From the NCBI GenBank assembly GCA_022821685.1, contig JAJEDD010000027.1:1403-65402 (forward strand): a stretch of 64,000 nt of DNA, read 5' to 3'. Numbering within the stretch: the stretch's first letter is position 1; every line of letters begins with the position of its first letter. A model generated the notes under the pieces. It was not told the DNA's origin and made no database searches. It worked only from the letters and a program-made list of their open reading frames with translations. Shown one piece after another: positions 1 to 8,249 of this stretch. The position numbers and the translations under genes were made by a program. The DNA is from Acidimicrobiia bacterium (lineage in GTDB: Bacteria; Actinomycetota; Acidimicrobiia; Acidimicrobiales; Aldehydirespiratoraceae).

Positions 1-874
1 TGACCCACGGATCCTCGCGGCTGTACATGTACGGGGCGGTGACCGCGTGCAGATACTGGCGGGACGCCTCCGGTGAACCGCCGCTGGCCGTCACCACCCG
101 GGCCCACATCACCCGAGCGGCCCGCAGGGCGGCGATGGTGACGAACTGCTCGGCCGTGGCCGGAAGGCAAAAGCCGATCAGCCCAGCTGCCGCGTCCACG
201 GGTATCCCCACCTCGCCCAGGACTCGCAAACAGTCGATGCCCACCGCCGTGGCCCAGCCCAGAGTCTGTGCCTCGGTCGCGCCCGCATCGGCGTAGCGCA
301 CCGCATCGACGGCGAAGAGTCGCACTCCCGGCGAGACCGCCACGCTGGCCGCGGCGGCGAGGTCGTTTGGGCAGCCCCCAATCGGATCGAGGCCGAGACT
401 GCTTGTAGCCGCGAGCGCCACACCCCGCCTCCGCGCGGCGGCAGCAAGGGCCTCGGCCGCGGCCAGATCGGCGTGAGGGGCCAGCGCGACCGGCGTGGCG
501 GCCATGTCGATGCCGGAGAGCACCCGGTCGAGCACATCCGCATCGACATCGACATCGGCGGCAAAGTCGAGTTCCACCGAGGTAACGCCGCCCGCCAAGT
601 CGTCCTCGATCCGCTGCTGGACCTCACTGAGACCGTCCGCAGTCGCGGCGACAACACGGTGGCGCTGGCGGATGTCCCAGCCCCGCTCCGTTCGCCGGGG
701 ATCGGCCGCCGCGGCAGCCGCGGCGGGACGGTCCGGGCCTGCGGTGTACAGGGGCTGTATCTCGATGCCGTCGCGGGTGGTGCTGATGAGATCGGCCAAC
801 TTCCGGCCCCGCAGGGTCCGCTCCGCCTCGGCCCGCCAATCGTCGCGGCCGGCGGAATCAGAGGCCGAGCGCAT
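1..874 (-). CDS. methylmalonyl-CoA mutase family protein, small/beta-subunit-like (N-terminal 291 codons; 3' end beyond left edge)
   Basis: Not in the ORF track because it is open-ended. My translation from ATG 874-872 is stop-free to nt 1: MRSASDSAGRDDWRAEAERTLRGRKLADLISTTRDGIEIQPLYTAG...RYADAGATEAQTLGWATAVGIDCLRVL...EQFVTIAALRAARVMWARVV. The W..E..L.G...T..GI.I.PLYT and IAxLRAAR..WA patterns are MCM-family hallmarks. Confidence 0.55.
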   Translation of the reverse strand, partial: MRSASDSAGRDDWRAEAERTLRGRKLADLISTTRDGIEIQPLYTAGPDRPAAAAAAADPRRTERGWDIRQRHRVVAATADGLSEVQQRIEDDLAGGVTSVELDFAADVDVDADVLDRVLSGIDMAATPVALAPHADLAAAEALAAAARRRGVALAATSSLGLDPIGGCPNDLAAAASVAVSPGVRLFAVDAVRYADAGATEAQTLGWATAVGIDCLRVLGEVGIPVDAAAGLIGFCLPATAEQFVTIAALRAARVMWARVVTASGGSPEASRQYLHAVTAPYMYSREDPWV

Positions 875-906
875 AAGCGAGCGAATCCGGCCCGCAGAGA
901 CGAGGC
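859..906 (-). repeat. partial copy (terminal ~45 bp) of the dispersed intergenic repeat family
   Basis: cagaggccgagcgcataagcgagcgaatccggccc aligns with ..agaggccgagcgaataggcgagcgattccggccc.. of full copies (40921-41060, 36129-36262). It overlaps the predicted MCM start codon. Confidence 0.5.
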
Positions 907-922
907 TTCGAGCTTGGGGTCA

Positions 923-1720
923 TCACATTGTGAAGCGGAGGCTACGGGCGGCTTGCTCGCCCCAGTGAGCGTCGCCGCTCCAGCAGATCGAGCCGTCGTC
1001 GATCTTGGTCTGCGGGTCAATGCGCCCGCAGGCGAGCATGATGAACGTCAGCGAGTCGGCGGTGAGCACCACATCGGGCGCCTCCAGCGAGCCTGGGTCC
1101 ACCGCCCGGGCCCGGCCGTCCACCACCACCGCCATCTGGCGCTCGACCGGGCCGGTGATATCGGCCCGCAGGCTCATGCCGTCGGGCAGGCCGACCCGCT
1201 TGCCCATGATGTAGCCGATCGAGCGCTCCACCTGATCGAAGGCGATCTCGGCCGCGGGACCGCCGTCGTCGGTGGCCCGCCCCAGCGGGATGGCGCAGTC
1301 GCGCACATGGACCCACAGGTCGAATATGCGGATGGCGAGGAAGTCTCCGTAGGTCTGCACCCCCACCGGCGTCCACGAGGGGCGCTCGACGTCTGCGTCG
1401 CTCAAGGCAGCCAGATCGGCTCGGCGGCCGTCGAAGATCTCCGCAACCCGGGCCGCGAACTCCGCCGACGACATGGCCGCGGCGGCCTCGGTGAGGGCCT
1501 GCATCCTCTCGAACGCAGGCAGGTCGTCGGTGCTGATGGCCCAGCCCCGGATGGCATCCTCCACTCCGACGGCATGGCCGATGGCCTGGCGCACCGTCCA
1601 GTCGGGGCACAGCGACGGCACCGCCCACTCCTCGTCGGAGAGGTCGGCACACAAGCCCGCGATCTCAGCGAAACAGGCTTCGGTAGTGTCGATGAGAGAC
1701 TGTCGTATGTGAGAATGCAT
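923..1720 (-). CDS. DinB-like / mycothiol-dependent maleylpyruvate-isomerase family protein
   Basis: 265-aa ORF. The N-terminal LSDEEWAVPSLCPDWTVRQAIGHAVG fits the W..PS.C..WTVR....H metal-binding pattern of the DinB_2/TIGR03083-type family. Confidence 0.65.
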   Translation of the reverse strand: MHSHIRQSLIDTTEACFAEIAGLCADLSDEEWAVPSLCPDWTVRQAIGHAVGVEDAIRGWAISTDDLPAFERMQALTEAAAAMSSAEFAARVAEIFDGRRADLAALSDADVERPSWTPVGVQTYGDFLAIRIFDLWVHVRDCAIPLGRATDDGGPAAEIAFDQVERSIGYIMGKRVGLPDGMSLRADITGPVERQMAVVVDGRARAVDPGSLEAPDVVLTADSLTFIMLACGRIDPQTKIDDGSICWSGDAHWGEQAARSLRFTM

Positions 1721-1811
1721 GAGGCATCATATGCTCGTGGAGCGGAGCGGCCGTCGGATTGCCGCGACGGTGGACGGCTTCGTTCAGGGGCTGGGATCGT
1801 GCAATGCCCAG

Positions 1812-2882
1812 CTATACCGTCATATAGGCAAGTACCGCTGCATCGAACCTGCGTTCGGGCTTCAATTCATGCTCACCGCCTCCAATGATCAGATCGCCCA
1901 GCACATGGTGGGACAGAACCGGTTCGGACAAGCGCGGGTGGTCGAGGTACCGGATGCTCTTGCGGCCGGCCAGTGCAAAGGACTTGTCGGTCTGGTGCCC
2001 CAGCGGCATCCCCTTGTAGATGTCGGAGTACGAGTAGTCGCCCGTGCTCAATAGGTCATAGAGACCCCTGACATGACGGGCCACCTCTCTCAGCGGACGC
2101 GACACGCTGTCGCTGCCATCGGAGGACTCAGCGACGGGTACCCGCATGATGGCAGCATCGGACCACACGAACACGTCGAAGCACTGCTCGGCCAACACGA
2201 ACGACTGGCCCTGGGTCCGCCACAGCGGCTGGATCAAGAATGGTCGCTGCAATCCGCGCTCAACAACCACGCGTAGTGCGCTGTCAAGAGCAGTGCGCAG
2301 CACAGCGGCGCGCTGGGCGATCTCCGTGGCGTTGTCCCATCCGGTGACCCGGTTGTACGCCTGACGCAGATGCTTGACTACCTCCGCACACGCTTCGGCA
2401 TCATCGGCCAACCGGTCAGCGAGGCTCATCATTGCGTAGGCAGAGCTGACGGGCCTCATCACCATCTCCGGTGCCCACCTGTCGGGTGGCTCCCCGGCAG
2501 TAGAACTGTCGGGCACAACTGTCAGCTTGACCTCCAGCGGACGCAACGGCTCGTCTTCGGCGCTCACTACCAAGTCGATGTTGTCCACCGCATCGCGGCA
2601 GTAGTTCGCGTATGGCTCGAACGCCGTTTCGAAACGATAATGACAGTTTGCCGAGATAGGGCCGATCACATCGGCCATCGTCCATTCGCTGTCGCAAGCG
2701 ACAATCCCCTCACCGCGCTCGACCACGGCCACGGGCGAAATGTCCTCGTCGCGCATGTATAGGCACAGCGCCAACGGGAACGTTGAGTTGAACTGATTCT
2801 TGCCCCAGAGACTCGATCCGTAGCGTGTCGAGTTCGCTTCCGTGATGCCGTACAGGGCTGGGCTACCGGTCGAGGGCATCAC
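1812..2882 (-). CDS. type II restriction endonuclease (family uncertain; N-terminus reminiscent of HindVP/HgiDI-type enzymes, from memory only)
   Basis: The 356-aa ORF start overlaps the stop of the upstream C5-MTase by 20 nt. It has a PD-(D/E)xK-like signature, NIDLVVSAEDEPLRPLEVKL. GC is lower than its surroundings (spot counts 53-57% against ~68%). Confidence 0.55.
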   Translation of the reverse strand: MMPSTGSPALYGITEANSTRYGSSLWGKNQFNSTFPLALCLYMRDEDISPVAVVERGEGIVACDSEWTMADVIGPISANCHYRFETAFEPYANYCRDAVDNIDLVVSAEDEPLRPLEVKLTVVPDSSTAGEPPDRWAPEMVMRPVSSAYAMMSLADRLADDAEACAEVVKHLRQAYNRVTGWDNATEIAQRAAVLRTALDSALRVVVERGLQRPFLIQPLWRTQGQSFVLAEQCFDVFVWSDAAIMRVPVAESSDGSDSVSRPLREVARHVRGLYDLLSTGDYSYSDIYKGMPLGHQTDKSFALAGRKSIRYLDHPRLSEPVLSHHVLGDLIIGGGEHELKPERRFDAAVLAYMTV

Positions 2883-3768
2883 GGACCGCGGTTCCCACCC
2901 GCGCTGCCAGCTGCACCGGCACGGCGTTTCCGATCAACAGCTCGGTGTCGGCGTTGCGGTCACCGCCATCCCACATCCACTCCCCGGGGAACGTTTGCAC
3001 ACGACCCCTCTCACGGGTCGTCAGCGGCCGGACCTGGGAGGGCGGAGCACTGTCGAGGCGGTTGCCGGCGTAGTTCGGAGGAACGGGGCGGTTCACGCCG
3101 CGCACCGTTGGCGACGGCTCATGCACCGAGAAGACCGAGCGTCGGGAGTAGTTGCGAGGGTGGCGGTAGTAGTACTCGACATCGATCTCGTCGCCCATGT
3201 ACTGCTTCACCGTGAGACGGTGAGACGACTTGGCTCTGTCGAGACTCTGCTCGAAGCGCTGCCCTCCCTCACCGTTGCCGCGGTAGCCGAAGGCGAAGAA
3301 CCGCTGACGGCGCTGGGGAACCCCGAACCAGCTGGCGTCAAGCACCGCCTCCACCAGCGAGTATCCCGCATCTGCGACGGTGCGACGCATCTGCTGGTAC
3401 GTCGCGCTGAGCCTTACCTGCGGAACGTTCTCCATCAAGAACGCAGGCGGCTTGCACCGCGACACGATCTGCCCGAAGGCAGTGGTGAGGTTGGCTTGCT
3501 CAGCCTCGACCCGCTTCCCCGCCGTCGAGAAGTCCTGACAGGGTGGCGCCCCAGCAAGCAGCGTCGGATCGATGCTCGCGATCCGCCCGGCAGCCGAGGC
3601 CACATCCATCAGGTCGAGCGGCACGACATGGGGGGCGATATTGCGCTCATAGGTATCGAGCGCTCGGGGCCAGCAGTCGTACGCCTCCTCGACGACGAAC
3701 CCCGCTTCGATCAGGCCGGCCGAGAGTCCGCCACAACCGCAGAACAAGTCCACCGCGGTGACCGTCAC
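2863..3768 (-). CDS. DNA (cytosine-5)-methyltransferase
   Basis: Motif I DLFCGCGG, motif IV PPCQDFS, motif VI ENV, motif VIII QRRQRFF and motif X GNAVP appear in canonical order. GTG start at 3768. Confidence 0.95.
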   Translation of the reverse strand: MTVTAVDLFCGCGGLSAGLIEAGFVVEEAYDCWPRALDTYERNIAPHVVPLDLMDVASAAGRIASIDPTLLAGAPPCQDFSTAGKRVEAEQANLTTAFGQIVSRCKPPAFLMENVPQVRLSATYQQMRRTVADAGYSLVEAVLDASWFGVPQRRQRFFAFGYRGNGEGGQRFEQSLDRAKSSHRLTVKQYMGDEIDVEYYYRHPRNYSRRSVFSVHEPSPTVRGVNRPVPPNYAGNRLDSAPPSQVRPLTTRERGRVQTFPGEWMWDGGDRNADTELLIGNAVPVQLAARVGTAVRDALDR

Positions 3769-4108
3769 GTCGACACCATCACAGTCGCGAGCACTTGTCC
3801 ATCATCGGTTGCGACCCTAGCGGTCGCTCGGCTCGCAGCCCGACATTTCGACTCTGTGAGGCAGTCGGCTTGGGTCGGATCAGTCAGGCCGGGAAGCGTC
3901 ATGGGCACCATGATTGCCGAGGGGTGTGACAGGCGTAGGGTGGTCGAGCTGCGTAGAAGGCAGACATCGTGGCGTTGCGAGGCATCGGGGTCGCCGCAGC
4001 GGATCAACCGGCAATCCCGCCGCCGAGCGTGTTGCCTATGCTCTCCTGCGCTGGTCCAGAGCATGGGACCGACAAAGCACCACCGCAAAAATCCGCCGGA
4101 GAAACGCC

Positions 4109-5323
4109 ATGACCACCACTGAAGCCTCCGCCGCCAGCGACGAGCAGAGCCACATCGCCACCGAGGCCGTGGGCGGGTTGCTAGCCGCCCACGACCCCGC
4201 AGAAGAGAGCCGGATCGAGTTCCGGGGCCACCAGTACGACACCGGGCTGGCCTGGGTGCACCATCCGCCGGGCTTCGGCGGGCTCGGCGTGTCCCGCCGA
4301 CTCCAGCACACCGTGGACCAGAGGCTGCGGGCCGGGGGCGCCCAGCCCGCCGACCCGTCCACGTTCTTCATGATGCTGGTCGGTCCGACCATCGTCACCC
4401 ACGGCACCGACGACCAGAAGCGCCGCTATCTGCGCCCCATGTTCACCGGCGAGGAGCGGTGGTGCCAACTGTTCAGCGAGCCCGGCTCCGGGTCGGACTT
4501 CGCCGGGCTGGGCACCCGGGCCGAGCGCGACGGCGACGAGTGGGTGGTGAGCGGCCAGAAGGTGTGGACCACGCTGGCCCACGTCGCCGATCTCGGAATG
4601 CTGGTGGCCCGCTCCAACCCGGAGCTGCCCAAGCACAAGGGGCTCACCTGCTTCGCGCTCGACATGCGGGCCCCCGGCGTGGAGGTGCGCCCGCTGCGCC
4701 AGATCACCGGCGAGGCCGAGTTCAACGAGGTGTACATGACCGACGTGAGGGTGCCCGACGCGGCCCGGATCGGCGCGGTGGGCGAGGGCTGGCGGGTGTC
4801 GCTAACCACGCTGATGAACGAGCGGAGCGCCATCGGCGCGGCCGGCACCGCCAGGCAGGGCCCGCTCGACGCCCTGGTGGGCGCCTACCGCAACATGGAT
4901 CCGTCGGTGCGCACCAAGGCCCACCGCGACGAGGTGATGCAGCTCTGGGTGCGGGGCGAGGCCCTGAGGCTCACCAACCTGCGGGCCGCCCAGAACGCCA
5001 GGGCCGGAAACCCCGGTCCCGAGGGCTCGATAAGCAAACTGGCGCTGGCCGAGTTCAACCAGGCGCTCACCGCCAAGGTGCTCGACCTCGAGGGTGCGGC
5101 CGCGATGGTGGACTACGACTACGAGTTCCGCCGTCCCACCGCGGCGTCGGTCGACAGCAAGTTCGGCGACGCCCACCACCTGTTCCTGAGGGCCCGAGCC
5201 AACTCCATCGAGGGCGGCACCAGCGAGATCATGCGCAACATCCTCGGCGAGCAGGTGCTGGGCCTGCCCGGCGAGCCCAGGGCGGACAAGGAGATCCCCT
5301 GGCGCGACGTTCCCCGCAACTAG
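4109..5323 (+). CDS. acyl-CoA dehydrogenase
   Basis: ORF 3914..5323 trimmed to ATG 4109 (MTTTEAS...). It contains LFSEPGSGSDFAGLGTRAERDGDEWVVSGQKVWTT and the C-terminal IEGGTSEIMRNILGE. Confidence 0.9.
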   Translation: MTTTEASAASDEQSHIATEAVGGLLAAHDPAEESRIEFRGHQYDTGLAWVHHPPGFGGLGVSRRLQHTVDQRLRAGGAQPADPSTFFMMLVGPTIVTHGTDDQKRRYLRPMFTGEERWCQLFSEPGSGSDFAGLGTRAERDGDEWVVSGQKVWTTLAHVADLGMLVARSNPELPKHKGLTCFALDMRAPGVEVRPLRQITGEAEFNEVYMTDVRVPDAARIGAVGEGWRVSLTTLMNERSAIGAAGTARQGPLDALVGAYRNMDPSVRTKAHRDEVMQLWVRGEALRLTNLRAAQNARAGNPGPEGSISKLALAEFNQALTAKVLDLEGAAAMVDYDYEFRRPTAASVDSKFGDAHHLFLRARANSIEGGTSEIMRNILGEQVLGLPGEPRADKEIPWRDVPRN

Positions 5324-5357
5324 CCCAAGCACCCCGGCAGCGAACGGAGCCGATGCC

Positions 5358-6218
5358 ATGGCAATGCCGACCGATGTGGGGATCATCGACACGATGATCG
5401 GCTTCCCAGCCGAGGACTTCGAGCACTACGAGTTCATCCGCAAGCAGCTCAAGGACGCCGAGTCGGCCAGCTTCGACTTCCCGGTGGAGCACTTGTTCAA
5501 GGGGGTGCCCAAGGAGCAATACGGCGCAACCGACCCGATCGGGCTGACGCTGGGCGAGATGGACGCCTGCGGCGTCGAGTGGGGCCTGATCGGCTGCGAG
5601 GGCGCGGTGAACCGCAAGGCCCTGACCGACCATCCCGACCGGTTCGCAGCCATCTGCGGGGCCGACGCCAACGACGTGATGGGCGCGGTGCGCAAGATCC
5701 GCCACTGCAAGGAGGCCTACGACATCCGGGCGGTGGGCACCTTCCCGGCCGGCTGCTTCCCGCAGATCCCCATCGACGACGCCAAGTGGTATCCGGTGTA
5801 CGCCGTCTGCTGCGAACTCGACATTCCCGTGTTCGTGTGCGCGGGGGTGCCCGGACCCCGACTGCCGATGGACTGCCAGCACGTGGAGCGCCTCGACCGG
5901 GTGATGTACGACTTCCCGGAGCTGACGCTGGTGACCCGCCACGGCTGCGAGCCCTGGGAGGACCTAGCCGTGAAGCTGATGCTGAAATGGCCAGGCCTGC
6001 ACTACTCCACCTCGGCGTTCGCGCCCAAGCACTACCCCTCCGCCATCATCGACTACGCCAACACCCGGGGCGCCGACAAGATCATCTACGCCGGCTACTT
6101 CCCCATGGGCCTGTCACTGCGGCGCATCATGGGCGAGATGCCCGAGGTCGGCTTCCGCGACGCCGTGTGGCCCAAGTTCCTGCGGGAGAACGCGGCCCGA
6201 GTCCTCAAGATCGACTGA
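5358..6218 (+). CDS. amidohydrolase-2 (TIM-barrel metal-dependent hydrolase) family protein
   Basis: 286-aa ORF with ...VFVCAGVPGP..., ...LVTRHGCEPW... and ...KIIYAGYFP..., typical of the ACMSD-like amidohydrolase family. Confidence 0.7.
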   Translation: MAMPTDVGIIDTMIGFPAEDFEHYEFIRKQLKDAESASFDFPVEHLFKGVPKEQYGATDPIGLTLGEMDACGVEWGLIGCEGAVNRKALTDHPDRFAAICGADANDVMGAVRKIRHCKEAYDIRAVGTFPAGCFPQIPIDDAKWYPVYAVCCELDIPVFVCAGVPGPRLPMDCQHVERLDRVMYDFPELTLVTRHGCEPWEDLAVKLMLKWPGLHYSTSAFAPKHYPSAIIDYANTRGADKIIYAGYFPMGLSLRRIMGEMPEVGFRDAVWPKFLRENAARVLKID

Positions 6219-6242
6219 TATGGACAGGACGGCCGCGGCCTC

Positions 6243-6602
6243 GTGGTGACGTTCGACGATGTGCGGCGGATCGGGCTGGCGCTGCCCGAGGTGACCGAGT
6301 CAACCTGGTACGGCACGCCGGGGCTGAAGGTTCGTAAGAAGGGCTTCTGCCGGTTGTGGGGCGAGCGCGAGCACCGGCGCGACAACGTGCACGACACCGA
6401 GGTGCTGGTGCTGTTCTGCGAGCTGGAGATGAAGCCCGTGCTGCTCGACAACCACCCCGGCGTGCTGTTCACAGTGCCCCACTACGACGGCTACGGCGCG
6501 GTCCTGGTGCGCATGGCCGACGCCGACATCGACGACGTGGCCGACTGGCTGGAGGACAGCTACCGGCGCGTCGCCCCGCCTACCCTCGCCTGCCAACTCT
6601 GA
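6243..6602 (+). CDS. MmcQ/YjbR-family protein (putative)
   Basis: 119 aa. LPEVTESTWYGTPGLKVRKKGFCRLW...DIDDVADWLEDSYRRV resembles the YjbR fold family consensus. Confidence 0.5.
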   Translation: MVTFDDVRRIGLALPEVTESTWYGTPGLKVRKKGFCRLWGEREHRRDNVHDTEVLVLFCELEMKPVLLDNHPGVLFTVPHYDGYGAVLVRMADADIDDVADWLEDSYRRVAPPTLACQL

Positions 6603-6629
6603 TGTCCGCGCCCGCTTGGGCCGCGGCTT

Positions 6630-7046
6630 CTAGGCGTAGACGGTGAACGCTTGGCGCCGGTCGCGGCCGAACCGGTAGATCGCGTAGTCCCGCTCGAACG
6701 CCACTGCCTCCCGTATCCCGAGGCGCTGCATGATCGACCAACTCGTGCGGTCGACGATCGAGAAGCCCTGATCACCGAAAGCGTCGTGAATCCGGGCCGC
6801 GGTCTCCAAGTCGGCTACGGAGGCCGGCTCCACTCGGGCGATTCCCATCCGGATCTCGTTCACCAGCGTCTCAGCGACGGCCGAGCCGAGACGCTTGGCT
6901 GCAAGATGCCAGGTCTCGACCAAGACATGATCGCTGGTCAGCAACCGGCCCGCAAACCTCTCCAGATGGGTTCTGGCTCGGTGGTGAGCGGTGTCGTCGG
7001 CGTCCGCCGCGGCGTACCAGGCGGACGTGTCGACGAAAACGGTCAT
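6630..7046 (-). CDS. vapC: PIN-domain toxin VapC
   Basis: MTVFVDTSAWYAAAD (PIN Asp), ...TSDHVLVET..., ...SIVDRTS... Its start has a 4-nt overlap with the upstream antitoxin gene. Confidence 0.85.
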   Translation of the reverse strand: MTVFVDTSAWYAAADADDTAHHRARTHLERFAGRLLTSDHVLVETWHLAAKRLGSAVAETLVNEIRMGIARVEPASVADLETAARIHDAFGDQGFSIVDRTSWSIMQRLGIREAVAFERDYAIYRFGRDRRQAFTVYA

Positions 7047-7291
7047 CGTGTTCGTTCTAGCCAGTGCGCCTCGACTGCATCGGCGACCGTGTCCTTCCCC
7101 TCAGCCGCGATGTCGCTGCCGCCCGAGCGGCCGAGGCAGAAGACGGCGGATACGTCGCCGCGGTTGTCGGCCCGCCCGAGATCGTGCTCGACAACCCGCC
7201 GGATGTACTCGGCCATGCTGATCCCCAGGTCGGCAGCCTTCTTCTTGGCTAGCGCATGCTGTTCGGGCTCAAGCGCAATCTGTGTCCGCAT
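7043..7291 (-). CDS. vapB: ribbon-helix-helix antitoxin (VapB-type)
   Basis: 82 aa. MRTQIALEPEQHALAKKKAADLGISMAEYIRRVV fits the CopG/RHH pattern. Translationally coupled to vapC. Confidence 0.7.
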   Translation of the reverse strand: MRTQIALEPEQHALAKKKAADLGISMAEYIRRVVEHDLGRADNRGDVSAVFCLGRSGGSDIAAEGKDTVADAVEAHWLERTR

Positions 7292-7317
7292 GGTGTCACA
7301 TCATAACGGCACCCTAG

Positions 7318-7446
7318 CCTCTGTCGGGCGGCAGCTACCCGCTGGAGGAGATCCACGCCGCGCGGCAGGCCTTCGCAGACAAGCGCCACGTCGGCAGCCT
7401 GGTGATCGTCGTCGGGGCCGCACTCGCCGATGCAGCTGCGGGCTGA
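7318..7446 (+). pseudogene. C-terminal remnant (42 codons) of a zinc-type alcohol dehydrogenase / quinone oxidoreductase (MDR) gene
   Basis: My translation reads PLSGGSYPLEEIHAARQAFADKRHVGSLVIVVGAALADAAAG*. It resembles the MDR C-terminus (..PLE.I.EA...L..G.H.GK.VL.V). An in-frame TAG at 7315 sits directly upstream and there is no N-terminal part. Confidence 0.3.
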
Positions 7447-7462
7447 TCTAGGGCACGTTGAG

Positions 7463-7801
7463 CTAGAGAACGCGGCGCATGGCGTCGCGGGCTCGCTCCT
7501 CGGCCACCCGCTTGCGGCCGACGATGGGCGTGGTGGGCGCGAATCCTGCCTCGGCCCGCTCCGACTCGCTCTCGCCGCCCCAGAAGCCCAGCTCGCGATT
7601 GCGGCGGGCATAGTCGCGGCACGACATCAGCACCACGCACTGCTCGCATATCGACCGGGCCCGGGCCTCTCGGCGCACCCTGGCCTCGGGTCGCTCCGCG
7701 AACGGGGCGAAGAAAAGGCTGCTCTCGCCAGCGCAGCGGCCGTGCTCCATCCACGATGTGGACCCCAGAGGCGCAGCGACCGTCTCGTAGGCTTCGAGCA
7801 T
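7463..7801 (-). CDS. WhiB-family transcription factor
   Basis: ORF trimmed to ATG 7801. It has the four Cys pattern C-x29-CEQCVVLMSC and the GFWGG turn. Confidence 0.85.
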   Translation of the reverse strand: MLEAYETVAAPLGSTSWMEHGRCAGESSLFFAPFAERPEARVRREARARSICEQCVVLMSCRDYARRNRELGFWGGESESERAEAGFAPTTPIVGRKRVAEERARDAMRRVL

Positions 7802-7905
7802 CGGTATACAATTTAGCAGCGGTATACAATCTGCGCAAGGCGAATGTAAGACAATTTGCAAACGACCCCATGTAGGGCCTAATTACAACCCGATGTAGGC
7901 CTAAT
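7802..7905. promoter_or_regulatory. AT-rich whiB upstream region with short repeated motifs
   Basis: cggtatacaat occurs twice (7802-7812, 7820-7830). An ACAATYTGC-like motif occurs three times (7808, 7826, 7851). Two copies of atgtagg(g)cctaat (7870-7883, 7893-7905) contain the palindrome TAGGCCTA. Confidence 0.35.
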
Positions 7906-8240
7906 CCAGGACTGCGCCTGAGACGATTCTGTCGTCGGGGCTCCAACACACTCCGCACTCGTCGAAGCGCTCGGCCACCTCGGCGAGGGGCCGGGTTGCG
8001 GTCCAGGCCTGCATGGCCGCCACCAGCGAGTCCCTCTGGCATCCGCTGATGGCCACCGCGTACAGGCGCCGGCCCTCGGAGGTGGACAAGCTCGGCGCCG
8101 AGCTGGGCCAGGGCCATTCCTCCCGAGGGTGCGGCCACAAAGGCTGAGCCTTCGACGACGCGCATGCCGTCGAGGAGAGCACGGCCGATCACCAGCGCCA
8201 AGCTAACCAGCAGGGAGCCATGGCATGAAGGCGCGGGCAC
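7901..8240 (-). pseudogene. collapsed family-III CoA-transferase (CaiB/BaiF-type) remnant
   Basis: One frame gives the N-terminal motif LLDGMRVVEGSAFVAAPSGGMALAQLGAE. A different frame gives a C-terminal-like RDSLVAAMQAWTATRPLAEVAERFDECGVCWSP. About 300 central codons of a normal enzyme are missing. Confidence 0.4.
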
Positions 8241-8249
8241 ACTGAAACC

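Noticed and set aside
178-1020. The 280-aa minus-strand ORF and the 471-aa plus-strand ORF offered by the track at the left edge.
   Set aside because: A third frame that the track omits because it is open-ended gives a clean MCM-family protein from ATG 874 to nt 1. The listed ORFs are Pro/Arg/Ser-rich with no motifs.
3765-4088. Small minus-strand ORF whose TGA overlaps the C5-MTase GTG start (possible controller protein or Vsr).
   Set aside because: No HTH-like or Vsr-like motif appears in any start-codon choice (for example MTLPGLTDPTQADCLTESKCRAAS..). The composition is unconvincing, and the region must also hold the divergent acyl-CoA dehydrogenase promoter.
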